A DNA stretch of 64,000 bases from Alphaproteobacteria bacterium (lineage in GTDB: Bacteria; Pseudomonadota; Alphaproteobacteria; Bin95). Shown here one piece after another: positions 10,615 to 22,090 of the stretch (within the stretch, counting starts at the first letter, position 1; every line of letters starts with the position of its first letter). Under the pieces are notes generated by a model, which made no database searches, had not been told where the DNA came from, and saw nothing but the letters and a program-made list of their open reading frames with translations. The stretch covers positions 512,001 to 576,000 of the forward strand of contig OZ219788.1 of the NCBI GenBank assembly GCA_964291285.2. The letters run 5' to 3'. The translations under genes were made by a program, and so were the position numbers.

Positions 10615-11049
10615 ATGAGGAACGCCGCCCGCCTGTTCACCTGCGCTTCGTGCCATCGCCAGGTTGTGCTGTGCCGGCGGTGCGACCACGGCAACATCTA
10701 CTGCTCGCGTCCGTGCAGCGGCCGGGCGCGGCGGCGCTCGCTGCGCCTTGCCGGGCGTCGCTACCAGAACAGCCGGCGGGGCCGTCACAAGCATGCCGAA
10801 CGCCAGCGGCGCTACCGCGAGCGCCGTCGCGTCCGTGCGCCTGAGGAGGGGCGCCGTGCGCAGAAAGTGACGCATCACCCTTTGACCCGTTCACCGCGCC
10901 GTCCTGTTGTGGCGGGCATGCCGGCGGGGCGCTCGGGAAGGAGGCCCTTCGGACCCGACCGTCCCGCCGGAGTGTTCCGCTGCGATCACTGCGGGCGGTT
11001 CTGCGCCCGGGCGGTCTATCCGGGCCTGCGCCCGGCGCGAAGGGAGTGA
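10615..11049 (+). CDS. Cys-rich, basic putative zinc-finger protein upstream of istA
   Basis: CASC..CRRC..YCSRPC and C-terminal CDHC; Arg-rich helix; stop 1 nt before the istA start. Confidence 0.7.
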   Translation: MRNAARLFTCASCHRQVVLCRRCDHGNIYCSRPCSGRARRRSLRLAGRRYQNSRRGRHKHAERQRRYRERRRVRAPEEGRRAQKVTHHPLTRSPRRPVVAGMPAGRSGRRPFGPDRPAGVFRCDHCGRFCARAVYPGLRPARRE

Positions 11050-11050
11050 G

Positions 11051-12556
11051 ATGGCGATCGACCAGCAGACCCGGGCCGAGATCCTGCGGCTGTATTTTGC
11101 CGAGAAGTGGCGGATCGGCACGATCGCGCGCCAGCTCGGCGTCCACCACGGCACGGTCGAGCGCGCGGTGGCGGCCGCCGGGGCGCCCACGCCTGAGAAG
11201 CGGCGCAGATCTTCGATGATCGATCCGTTCCTGCCCTTCGTCCGCCAGACCCTGGCGGTCTGGCCGAAGTTGCCCTCCAGCCGGCTCTACCGGATGGCGG
11301 TCGAGCGCGGTTACCGGGGGTGCGAGAGCCACTTCCGGCGCATGATCGCGCCCGGGCGTCCGCGGCCGGTGGCCGAGGCCTATCTGCGCCTCAAGGCCCT
11401 GCCCGGCGAGCAGGCCCAGGTCGACTGGGCCCACTTCGGCAAGGTGAGGATCGGGCGTGCGGAGCGCCCGCTGATGGCCTTCGTGATGGTGCTCGGCCAC
11501 TCGCGCCGCCTCTTCCTGCGCTTCTACCTCAACGCCGGGATGGACAACTTCCTGCGCGGCCATGTCGAGGCCTTCGAGGCTTGGCAGGGCGTGCCCCGCG
11601 AGCTCTGGTACGACAATCTGAAGAGCGTCGTGCTGGAGCGGCGCGGCGACGCCATCCGCTTCAATCCCCGGCTTCTCGACTTCGCAGGCGCCTACCGCTT
11701 CCTGCCGAAGCCGGTCGCGGTCGCCCGAGGCAACGAGAAGGGCCGCGTCGAGCGGGCCATACGCTATGTGCGCGACAGCTTCTTCGCCGCCCGCGCCTGG
11801 CGTGACCTCGACGATCTCAACGCCCAGGCCCGGGAGTGGTGCGAGGGCGTCGCCGCCGACCGCCCCTGGCCGGACGACCGCTCCCTCACCGTGAGCGAGG
11901 CCTTCGAGCGCGAGCGCGGCTCCCTGATGGCGCTGCCCGACGACCGTCCCCCCGTCGACGAGAGGGTCGAGGTCAGGATCGCCAAGACCCCCTATGCCAG
12001 GTTCGACCTCAATGACTACAGCGTCCCGCATACCCATGTCCGGCGCACCCTCACCGTGGCCGCGACGCTGGAAGAGGTGCGCATCCTCGACGGCATGGAG
12101 GTCATCGCCCGCCATCCGCGCAGCTTCGACAAGGCGGCCCGCATCGAGAACCCCGAACACATTGAGGAGCTGGTCAGGCGCAAGCGTCACGCCCGCAGCC
12201 TGCGCGGGCAGAGCCGGCTGCTCCAGGCCGCGCCCAACAGCGAGCGCCTGATCGCCGAGGCCGCCCCCCGCGGCGCTTATATCGGCGCCACCGTCGCCGC
12301 CCTGCTGCGCCTGCTCGACCAATACGGCGCCGCCGAGCTCGAAGCCGCCATCGACGAGGCCCTCGAACGCGGCGTCCCCCATCCCAATGCCGTGCGCCTC
12401 AGCCTCACACGGCGGCGCGAACTGCAGGACAGGCCGCCGCCGATCCCCATCGACCTGCCCAGGGACCCGCGCGTGCGCGACATCGCCGTGCGCGATCACG
12501 ATCTCGGCGGATACGACGGGCTGGCCGGCTACCATGAAAAGGACAGCGAAGAATGA
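11051..12556 (+). CDS. istA: IS21 transposase IstA
   Basis: HTH (IARQLGVHHGTVER), PGEQAQVDW, YDNLKS, NEKGRVERAIRY. Confidence 0.92.
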   Translation: MAIDQQTRAEILRLYFAEKWRIGTIARQLGVHHGTVERAVAAAGAPTPEKRRRSSMIDPFLPFVRQTLAVWPKLPSSRLYRMAVERGYRGCESHFRRMIAPGRPRPVAEAYLRLKALPGEQAQVDWAHFGKVRIGRAERPLMAFVMVLGHSRRLFLRFYLNAGMDNFLRGHVEAFEAWQGVPRELWYDNLKSVVLERRGDAIRFNPRLLDFAGAYRFLPKPVAVARGNEKGRVERAIRYVRDSFFAARAWRDLDDLNAQAREWCEGVAADRPWPDDRSLTVSEAFERERGSLMALPDDRPPVDERVEVRIAKTPYARFDLNDYSVPHTHVRRTLTVAATLEEVRILDGMEVIARHPRSFDKAARIENPEHIEELVRRKRHARSLRGQSRLLQAAPNSERLIAEAAPRGAYIGATVAALLRLLDQYGAAELEAAIDEALERGVPHPNAVRLSLTRRRELQDRPPPIPIDLPRDPRVRDIAVRDHDLGGYDGLAGYHEKDSEE

Positions 12557-13347
12557 CCGACACCCTCATGAACCGCGCCCGCGCGCTGGGCCTGCACGGC
12601 CTCCTCGCCCATTGGGGCGAAGTCGCGGAGCGCGACTGGCTCGCCTCCCTGATCGCGTGGGAAGAAGATGAGAAGCGCGCCCGAAGCCTCAAACGCCGCC
12701 TCGCCGACGCCCGCCTCGGACAGTTCAAGCCGCTCGCAGACTTCGACTGGGACTGGCCAAGGCGCTGCGACCGCATGGCCGTCGAGGACCTCATGACCCT
12801 CGACTTCCTCAAGGAGGCCGCAAACCTCGTACTGGTCGGACCCAACGGCGTCGGAAAGTCCACCATCGCCGCCAATATCGCCCACCGCGCCGTCCTCGAA
12901 GGCCACATCGTGCGCTTCGCAACCGCCGCCAGCCTGCTCGGCGAACTCGCCGCCATCGACTCCGACACCCTGCTCCAGCGCAGGCTGCGCTTCTACGCCC
13001 GACAGCACCTGCTGGTCATCGACGAAGTCGGATATCTCTCCTACTCCAACCGCCACGCCGACCTGCTGTTCAACATCGTCTCAAGCCGCAGCCAGCAGAA
13101 CTCAACCATAATCACCACGAACCGCCCCTTCGCCGAGTGGAGCGAGGCCTTCCCAAACGCCGCCTGCCTGGTCGCCCTCGTCGACCGGCTCGTCCACAAC
13201 GCCGAGATCGTCGCCATCGACGGCGACTCCTGGCGCCGCAAGGAAGCCGAGGAACGTCAGAAGCAGCGCAGCGCCGAACGCCGCCGCCGGCGCGGACCGA
13301 AAGCCGGGCAAAGCACTGGAAAGGCGAACCCGGTCCCGTCGCCATAG
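12553..13347 (+). CDS. istB: IS21 helper ATPase IstB
   Basis: GPNGVGKS, LVIDEVGY, TTNRPF, VDRLVH, GDSWR; ATGA overlap with istA. Confidence 0.92.
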   Translation: MTDTLMNRARALGLHGLLAHWGEVAERDWLASLIAWEEDEKRARSLKRRLADARLGQFKPLADFDWDWPRRCDRMAVEDLMTLDFLKEAANLVLVGPNGVGKSTIAANIAHRAVLEGHIVRFATAASLLGELAAIDSDTLLQRRLRFYARQHLLVIDEVGYLSYSNRHADLLFNIVSSRSQQNSTIITTNRPFAEWSEAFPNAACLVALVDRLVHNAEIVAIDGDSWRRKEAEERQKQRSAERRRRRGPKAGQSTGKANPVPSP

Positions 13348-13349
13348 CC

Positions 13350-14222
13350 ATGCATCCCTCCCGCCCCCGCGAGCGGCGGGTGCGGGCCGAGAGCCTGCGG
13401 GGCTATCCCCTCGAACCCGTCGCCCGAGCCCTCGGCTACCGCAGCGATCCCGACAATGCCGTGCGCTGGAGACGGCCAGGATCGGTCCTCTCCATCAACC
13501 GCTTCATGTTCTACGACCATCTGCGCGCAGAGGAGGGAGCCGGGGCTATCGAACTGGCGGTCCATGCGCTCGGATGCACCCCGCCGGACGCCATCGACTT
13601 CCTCGCCGAACTGTCCGACCTCTCAATGCCCCCAGGCGGCCGCCGGCAGGCGCCGGCCAAGGACCCCCGCTGGCCCAACCTCCGGCGATACCTCGTCGAG
13701 CGGCGCGGCCTCGCGGACGCGCTCGTCACCCTGTGCCGCGACCTCGGCCTGGTCCATGCCGACCCTCACGGCAACCCCGTGTTCGTCCGCCGAAACGCCG
13801 CCGGCGAGGCTACCGGCATCGAAACCGTCACCGCTGACCGCAAAACGACCGCGGGCGGCGGCTTCTGGATGTCCTGGGAGACCGAATGGCCACACGCCGT
13901 CATCCTGGACGGCAACGCCCTCGACGCACTCTCCATCCTCTCCCTCCACCTCGGCCCGGTAAAACGCACCGAATGCGCCACCGTCTCCACCGGCGCCGTC
14001 GCCACCAAAGTCCCCAAATGGATCGAGGCATGGAACCCGCGCCTCATCTTCTGTGCATACGACGCCACCACAAACGGCGATCACGCCGCAAGGCGCCTCG
14101 CCCGCAACGACACCAGAATCGTCCGGCTGCGACCCGCACTCGACAACCGGGACTGGAACGACATGCTCATCCGCGACCGAGCCGGCGAACCAATCGAAAC
14201 CGATGACCAACAGATCAACTGA
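13350..14222 (+). CDS. DUF3991/TOPRIM primase-like protein
   Basis: GAGAIELAVHALG primase-like N-terminus, YLVERRGL, DALS, CAYDA, DWNDML. Confidence 0.7.
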   Translation: MHPSRPRERRVRAESLRGYPLEPVARALGYRSDPDNAVRWRRPGSVLSINRFMFYDHLRAEEGAGAIELAVHALGCTPPDAIDFLAELSDLSMPPGGRRQAPAKDPRWPNLRRYLVERRGLADALVTLCRDLGLVHADPHGNPVFVRRNAAGEATGIETVTADRKTTAGGGFWMSWETEWPHAVILDGNALDALSILSLHLGPVKRTECATVSTGAVATKVPKWIEAWNPRLIFCAYDATTNGDHAARRLARNDTRIVRLRPALDNRDWNDMLIRDRAGEPIETDDQQIN

Positions 14223-14282
14223 AAAACCGCAACCGGCCGAAAAATGTCAGCGAATAGGCGCGCTCTGTAACCGTCGCTAACA

Positions 14283-15267
14283 AGCGGCTTCATCCCCTCC
14301 GCCAGCCCCTCGCGCCGGGCGATGTCCACCACATATTCGCCGAGGTCGAACACCGAGCGCGCCAGCCGCGCCACCTCCTCATTGTCGGGCAGCAGAAGAG
14401 GCCATTCGAATTTCAGCATGAGCGCGCAGGACGGCATCAGCGCCACGATATCGTAGCCGGCGTCGGAGACCCCCAGTAACTCCGCAGCGATCCGCCCGGC
14501 CCGCCGGGCCACCGTTTCGATATCGCCCAGATCCAGTTGCGGCATGCCGCAGCAGCCGGGATGGACGATGTGCGTCTCGACGCCGTTCCGCGCCAGCACG
14601 GCGCGGGCGGCGAGGCCGGTTCCGGCTCGTTGTAGTTGCCGAGGCAGGTGGCGTAGAGCACGGCCTTGCGCCCGAAGGCCGGGGCGGCCTCGTTGAGCGC
14701 CGGCGCGCCCGCCATGGCGCGGTGCTCGAGGCTCTCATGGTGGAAGCGCGGCAGCGCGGCCTCGCGGTGGACGCCCGCCAAACCCTCGATCAGCGTGCGC
14801 ACGGGCTCGTTCGCCGTATCCAGCGCCCAGTTGGCGAGCGGTGCCGCCATGCCGCCAAAACGGCCGTTGCGGTCGGTCGCGGCAACCTCGCGGTCCTCGA
14901 AACGCCGCTCACCGCGCCGGAACTCCGCCGCCCGGTGGCGCAGCATCAGGTGGGGGAAATCCACCTCCAAAGGGTGCGGTGGCACATAGGGGCATTCGGT
15001 CTTGAAGCACATGTCGCAGAGCGTGCAGGCGTCCGCGACCGCCTTGAAATCCGCCGAGTCCACCGTGTCGAGCCCGCTCGACGGAGCCTTGTCGATCAGG
15101 TCGAACAGCCTCGGGAACGAGTCGCAAAGGCCGGAACAGCGCCGACAGCCATGGCAGATGCCGAACACCCGCCGGAGCTCGGCGTCCATGGCTTCGGAAT
15201 CGTCGAATTCCGGCGCGTCCCACGCCAGCGGGCGGCGCAGCGGGGCGTCGGGTCTGCCCTCGCGCAT
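14283..15267 (-). pseudogene. GlpC-like Fe-S oxidoreductase (rubrerythrin-associated type), frameshifted and truncated
   Basis: CHGCRRC..C and CTLCDMC...CPY ferredoxin motifs, CCGMP; 1-nt frameshift near 14620; cut by IS21b at 14282. Confidence 0.85.
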
Positions 15268-15297
15268 GGGCTCCGACCTTCCCGGGACGGAAGGTTT

Positions 15298-15340
15298 GCG
15301 GGGGGACAGCCGGCCGGCCCCGCCGGCCGGATGTCCCCGC
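15298..15340 (-). terminator. GC-rich hairpin downstream of katG
   Basis: GGGGACA.CCGGCCGGC-loop-GCCGGCCGG.TGTCCCC stem; no U-tract. Confidence 0.45.
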
Positions 15341-15345
15341 CGGAA

Positions 15346-17661
<2,316 letters not shown>

Positions 17662-17668
17662 TCAACAA

Positions 17669-17685
17669 TTTAGACCGATTCCAGG
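17669..17685. promoter_or_regulatory. Irr ICE-like box upstream of katG
   Basis: TTTAGACCGATTCCAGG matches 14/17 of TTTRGAAYNRTTCYAAA; lies between irr and katG. Confidence 0.55.
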
Positions 17686-17718
17686 TTCCGGAATTTCAGG
17701 CGGTGCGCGTACCCGCGC

Positions 17719-18123
17719 CTAACGGATTCGCACCACCAGGTCGATGCGTTCCACCGTCTTGCCGCCGGGCGCTGCCGGCAGGCCGGTGATGCCGACATCT
17801 TCCGCGTCGAAGTCGATCAGCTCGTTCGTGCCCGTGTCGTAGAAATGGTGGTGGCGGGAAAGGTTGGTGTCGAAGCAGGCGCGGCCCGGCTCCACATCCA
17901 CCCGGCGCAGCAGTCCGGCATCCACGAACTGGTGCAGCGTGTTGTAGACCGTGGCCAGCGAGACGCGGACTCCGGCCTCGCGCGCCTCCCGGCTCAGTTC
18001 CTCGGCGCGGACATGGCGGTCGGGCCCGGCGAACAGGAGCCGCGCCAGCCCGAGCCGCTGCCGCGTCGGGCGCAGTCCGGCCCCGCGCAGCCGTGCCCTG
18101 ATGTCCGAAGCCTTGGCATCCAT
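17719..18123 (-). CDS. irr: Iron response regulator (Fur family)
   Basis: GLRPTRQR, SLATVYNTLHQF, FDTN..HHHFY. Confidence 0.88.
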   Translation of the reverse strand: MDAKASDIRARLRGAGLRPTRQRLGLARLLFAGPDRHVRAEELSREAREAGVRVSLATVYNTLHQFVDAGLLRRVDVEPGRACFDTNLSRHHHFYDTGTNELIDFDAEDVGITGLPAAPGGKTVERIDLVVRIR

Positions 18124-18256
18124 GACACCGGCGATCCTATAGCGCGGCGGGCGAAAGTCCAGCCGAAGGACTTGCCTGCGGCCGCCCCGGCGCAGCACGG
18201 CCCGATGGAAAATTTGGCTTCTCCCCGCCCGTCCGCGTCGTATAATTTCCCTCGCC

Positions 18257-19024
18257 ATGCCCGCCCGACACATCGGTCCGTTGCCCTCATCCCGGTTTCG
18301 CGTCGCCACGGCGGCGGCGTTGCTGGCGGCGCTGATGGTGTTCCCGGCGGCGGCCGGGCCGCTCGATGGCGCGCGGGCGGCATGGTCTGAAGGGCGGTTC
18401 CTCGAAGCCGCCGACATGGCGGAGGAAACCGGCGGGCCGGCGGGCCTCGCCTTCGCGGCGGAATCTCTGGCCCTGCAGGCATTCTACCTCGCGGCGGAGC
18501 AGGACCGGCCTGCACTGTTCGAGAGGGCGCTCGCGCTGGCGGCGCGCGCGGTCGAGGCAGCACCGGACCGGGCCTATGCGCATATCGCGGCGGCGCGCGT
18601 CATGGGCCGCCACGGACAGACGCTGAGCACTTCCGAAGCCGGCGACCGGGGCTATGCGACGAAGATCCGCGATTCGCTGAAGCGCGCGCTGGAGTTGAAA
18701 CCCGCGTCCGTGAAGGCGATGACGGGCCTCGCCATCTGGCATGCCCGCGTCGTGGAGGTTGCGGGCTCCTTCCTGGCCAGGATCACTTACGGCGCCCGCG
18801 AGAAATCGGTCCATGAGCTGTTCGGCCGCGTGCTCGAGGCCGCGCCCGGCGTGAAGGCGCCGCTCTACGAATATGCGCGCGCGCTGCGCATGCTGGGCGG
18901 AGACATGGACCGCGCCCGGGAGCTGCTCCGGCAGGCCATGGCGCGGCCGGCGAAGAACGCCTATCAGCGCATTATCGACGAACGCGCGGCCGCTCTTCTG
19001 GCGGAAATCGAAGCAGACGGCTGA
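18257..19024 (+). CDS. Exported TPR-like helical protein
   Basis: Hydrophobic signal peptide (AALLAALMVFPAAA) and TPR-like helices. Confidence 0.7.
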   Translation: MPARHIGPLPSSRFRVATAAALLAALMVFPAAAGPLDGARAAWSEGRFLEAADMAEETGGPAGLAFAAESLALQAFYLAAEQDRPALFERALALAARAVEAAPDRAYAHIAAARVMGRHGQTLSTSEAGDRGYATKIRDSLKRALELKPASVKAMTGLAIWHARVVEVAGSFLARITYGAREKSVHELFGRVLEAAPGVKAPLYEYARALRMLGGDMDRARELLRQAMARPAKNAYQRIIDERAAALLAEIEADG

Positions 19025-19042
19025 TGGTCGCACTCGCCGCGG

Positions 19043-19498
19043 TCAGCCTTCGATGAGCTTGCGGTAGCGGGCGAGCCAGTGGGCGGCGAGCTCCGCCTCG
19101 TCGGCGCCCGTGTCGTAGGCGGGCGACACCACCATCTCGGCCGCGGTGACGGCGATATCGAAGATGCCGTGCATGCGGGGCTGCAGGTCCGGCCATTCCG
19201 TGAAGCGGGGCAGGAGGGCGTCGAACTCCGGCGCGCCGCGCGCATGGTAGGAGCCCCGGCCGCGCACGCGCACCGCCTTGCGCCGGAACACATCGACGAA
19301 GGCGAGCTCGCAGGCCGGATTGGCGGCAAGATTGCGCCTCGTGCCGGGGGAGCGCAGGTCCGAGAAGGCGAGCCGCGCCGGGTCCAGCACCACCACCGTC
19401 GCCTTGGGCGAAACGGCGGGTTCTCCCTCCGGCGTCACCGTCGCGGCCAGCGCCAGCGTGTTGTCGCGGATGAGCGCCGTCATTTCGGGCGTCAGCAT
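19043..19498 (-). CDS. Pyridoxamine 5'-phosphate oxidase family FMN-binding protein
   Basis: AATVTPEGEPAVSPK, SPGTRRNLAANP, SPAYD. Confidence 0.85.
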   Translation of the reverse strand: MLTPEMTALIRDNTLALAATVTPEGEPAVSPKATVVVLDPARLAFSDLRSPGTRRNLAANPACELAFVDVFRRKAVRVRGRGSYHARGAPEFDALLPRFTEWPDLQPRMHGIFDIAVTAAEMVVSPAYDTGADEAELAAHWLARYRKLIEG

Positions 19499-19600
19499 GG
19501 GGAACGGTCTCCCTCGGGGCGGGTCAGCGGCGGGCCGGGCTTGGACCCCGGGCGGAAATCGATATAGGCTCGCGCCGCCATCATGGGAAGGAGAGGGGAT

Positions 19601-20455
19601 ATGACCGGTTTCCAGCGCATCGAGGTGAAGCCCGTGGCCGGTGCGCTCGGCGCCGAGGTCGGCGGGGTCGATCTGGCGGATGTCGATGACGAGACCTTTG
19701 CGGAAATCCGCCGCGCGCTGCACGAGAACCTGGTGATCTTCTTCCGCGAGCAGGACATGACGCCCGAACAGCAGCTCGCCTTCGCGCGGCGCTGGGGGGA
19801 CATCCACCTGCACCCCTTCATGAAGGGCATGGACGACTATCCGGAGCTTCTCGAAATCAAGAAGACGCCGGTGGACACGAAGAATTTCGGCGGCGCCTGG
19901 CATTCGGACCAGATGTTCTCGCCCCAGCCCGCCATGGGCACCATCCTCTACGCCAAGCAGGTGCCGTCCAAGGGCGGCGACACGCTGTTCACCAACCAGT
20001 ATCTCGCCTATGAGATGCTTTCCGACGGCCTCAAGGAGACGCTTGCGGGTCTGCGCGCCGTCTCGGTCGGCGACCGCTTCAAGAGCGCCGGCGGCAAGAC
20101 CCGCAAGGAAATGTATGCCGGGCGCACCTCGATGCAGGTCAAGGACCCCGGCAATGTGCAGACCACCTCCTCGCACCCGGTGGTGCGCACCCACCCGGAG
20201 ACGGGCCGCAAGGCGCTCTATGTCGGCGGCCACTGCCAGCATTTCGACGGGCTGACGGACGCGGAGAGCGAGCCGCTGCTCGACTGGCTGCGCCAGCATT
20301 CCATCAAGCCGGAATTCCAGTGCCGCTTCCGCTGGGAGGAGGGGTCGGTCGCCTTCTGGGACAACCGCTGCACCCAGCATTACGCGCTCGACGACTATCC
20401 CGGCGAGACCCGCATCATGCACCGCGTCACCATCTGCGGCGACACGCCGGTCTGA
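19601..20455 (+). CDS. TauD/TfdA family 2-oxoglutarate dioxygenase
   Basis: WHSD, GGDTLF, HPVVRTHPETGRK, WDNRCTQH. Confidence 0.93.
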   Translation: MTGFQRIEVKPVAGALGAEVGGVDLADVDDETFAEIRRALHENLVIFFREQDMTPEQQLAFARRWGDIHLHPFMKGMDDYPELLEIKKTPVDTKNFGGAWHSDQMFSPQPAMGTILYAKQVPSKGGDTLFTNQYLAYEMLSDGLKETLAGLRAVSVGDRFKSAGGKTRKEMYAGRTSMQVKDPGNVQTTSSHPVVRTHPETGRKALYVGGHCQHFDGLTDAESEPLLDWLRQHSIKPEFQCRFRWEEGSVAFWDNRCTQHYALDDYPGETRIMHRVTICGDTPV

Positions 20456-20477
20456 CGGCGCGATACCGGAACTGTCC

Positions 20478-20879
20478 ATGATCGAACTGCTCGACCTCCG
20501 CCGCGACCTTGACGACCTGGTCCTGCTGGAAGGGCGCGGCGCCCACACCACGGAAGCGGAGGCGCAGGCCTCCTTCCGGAAGCTCGCCGACTTCCGCGAC
20601 GGCGGGCTGTTCGCCGCGCATTTCAGCGGCTCCAGCGGATGGGAGCGGCACCTCAAGGGCGACGAGATCGTCCAGATTCTCGAAGGCTCGACCCGCTTCG
20701 ACATCATCGTGGACGACAGGATCGAGTCGCACCGGCTCACCGCAGGCGCTCTCCTGGTGGTGCCGCAGGGCTGCTGGCACCGGTTCACCTCGGAAGACGG
20801 GGTCAAGGTGATGACCGCGACCCCGCAGCCGACCGAGCACCTGCATGTGGACGACCCGAGGGCGGTGAAGGCCGGCTGA
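20478..20879 (+). CDS. Cupin domain protein
   Basis: WERH..GDE...LEG and VVPQGCWHR. Confidence 0.85.
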   Translation: MIELLDLRRDLDDLVLLEGRGAHTTEAEAQASFRKLADFRDGGLFAAHFSGSSGWERHLKGDEIVQILEGSTRFDIIVDDRIESHRLTAGALLVVPQGCWHRFTSEDGVKVMTATPQPTEHLHVDDPRAVKAG

Positions 20880-21088
20880 CCGCGGCATCGGCGACAGGCC
20901 GGATGCGGCGGACGAAAGCGGCCTCCCGCCGCCCGCTTCGAGACGAGTTCGGAAGAGCGCGCCTGCCGCATCGACGGTTTCCGCACCGTGCTTGCGCCCG
21001 TTCCAGAGGCTGCGGCTGCCTGACCCGGCCACGCCGCGCTCCGCGCCGGGGCGGCGGCTGTGCTTCGGAAAGCGCTTCCCTGGCGCTG

Positions 21089-21115
21089 TGTCATGGAATG
21101 TCATGTTTTGTCATG
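21089..21115 (+). repeat. 10-bp-phased TGTCATG array, copy A
   Basis: TGTCATG-GAA-TGTCATG-TTT-TGTCATG; identical 27-mer at 55700-55726. Confidence 0.9.
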
Positions 21116-22090
21116 GTCGGGGGCGGAACCGGCGTCCTCCGGGCCGGTCCTCCGCTTCTTCCCCTTCTTCTTTTTCTGCTTCTTCCTCCTCGCCGCCGGT
21201 CCGCTCCAATCGTCATCTTCGTCGCCGCCCCGCTCTTCCCGTTCGAGGCGGCTCTGCCTGCGCTCCTCGACTTCCTCCGGGGCCCAGGGGTCGTAGATGT
21301 CGTCGTAGCCGTTGCGGCGCTGGTATAGCCAGTCATGTTCGGCGCCGTCGGCCCGGTCGTCGTCGGTGCTGTCCTCGTGGCCGGGCGTGTCGGCGGCGGC
21401 CCACGGGCAGTCTTCGTAGGTCTCCTCCGGCGGGTCGTCGGCCGGCGGCAGGTCGTTTGCCGGCGCGGGCGGGGGGCCGAAGCTGACGGGCAGGCGGGAG
21501 CGCTCCTCGACGGCCGCGGCGAGCCTGCGGGCGTCCTCCTCATGCGCGGCCCCGTCGAAGCCCTCCTGCGCCTCCATCTCCTCGCGCCGCTCGCGGTGGC
21601 GGGCGAGCGCTCGTTCGGCCCGGGCATGGCCGCTGCGCACGGCGTCTGCGAGCGGTCCGGGCTCGGTGCCCGCCTCCTGCGCCTCGCCCGCTTCGATCTC
21701 GCCGAACTCGTCCTCGTGCAGCAGCGGCCAGAGCCGGGCGCGGTTCGCGCCGGCCGGACTGACAAGCCCGGCGATCTCGGCCTGGAAGCGCAGCACCCGA
21801 AGCATCATGTAAGCCGAGCCGCTGGCGACGGCGGCGTCCCAAGCCTGCTCCGAGCGGGCGAGCAGGATGCGGGCCTCGTCGCGTTCGGTGCGCTTCCAGG
21901 ACAGGCGGATGCGGCGCACGCGTTCGACGATGTAGGGCCGCTCCAGCAGGGCGCATCCGGTCTGCCTTGCGGAGCGCTCGGCATAGCCGGCCTGCCTTGC
22001 AGCGTCGGCGGCATTGCCGGAGGCTGTGTAGTGGCGGCAGAAGGCTTCCTGGCGGGTGGAAAGCGCGACGGCGGGGTCGATGACGGGCAT
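21101..22090 (-). CDS. Orphan terminase small subunit-like HTH protein with acidic/basic disordered tail
   Basis: LSTRQEAFCRHY..SGNAADAARQAGY..RSARQTG..LL..P matches the TerS N-terminal pattern; AAAGGA SD before ATG 22090; 329 aa. Confidence 0.75.
   Translation of the reverse strand: MPVIDPAVALSTRQEAFCRHYTASGNAADAARQAGYAERSARQTGCALLERPYIVERVRRIRLSWKRTERDEARILLARSEQAWDAAVASGSAYMMLRVLRFQAEIAGLVSPAGANRARLWPLLHEDEFGEIEAGEAQEAGTEPGPLADAVRSGHARAERALARHRERREEMEAQEGFDGAAHEEDARRLAAAVEERSRLPVSFGPPPAPANDLPPADDPPEETYEDCPWAAADTPGHEDSTDDDRADGAEHDWLYQRRNGYDDIYDPWAPEEVEERRQSRLEREERGGDEDDDWSGPAARRKKQKKKKGKKRRTGPEDAGSAPDHDKT

Larger units (their letters stand above)
10234..14282 (+). mobile_element. IS21-family element (copy b) with two passenger ORFs
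   Basis: Imperfect terminal IRs: TGTAGGTGACGGTCGTAAAAGGCGCTTATTTGCTG at 10234 versus the reverse complement of the right end, TGTTAGCGACGGTTACAGAGCGCGCCTATTCGCTG (ending 14282); both neighbouring genes are cut at these points. Confidence 0.85.

Noticed and set aside
21089-21115. TGTCATG arrays as a CRISPR array
   Set aside because: Units are 7 bp with fixed 3-bp spacers; no unique spacers and no cas genes
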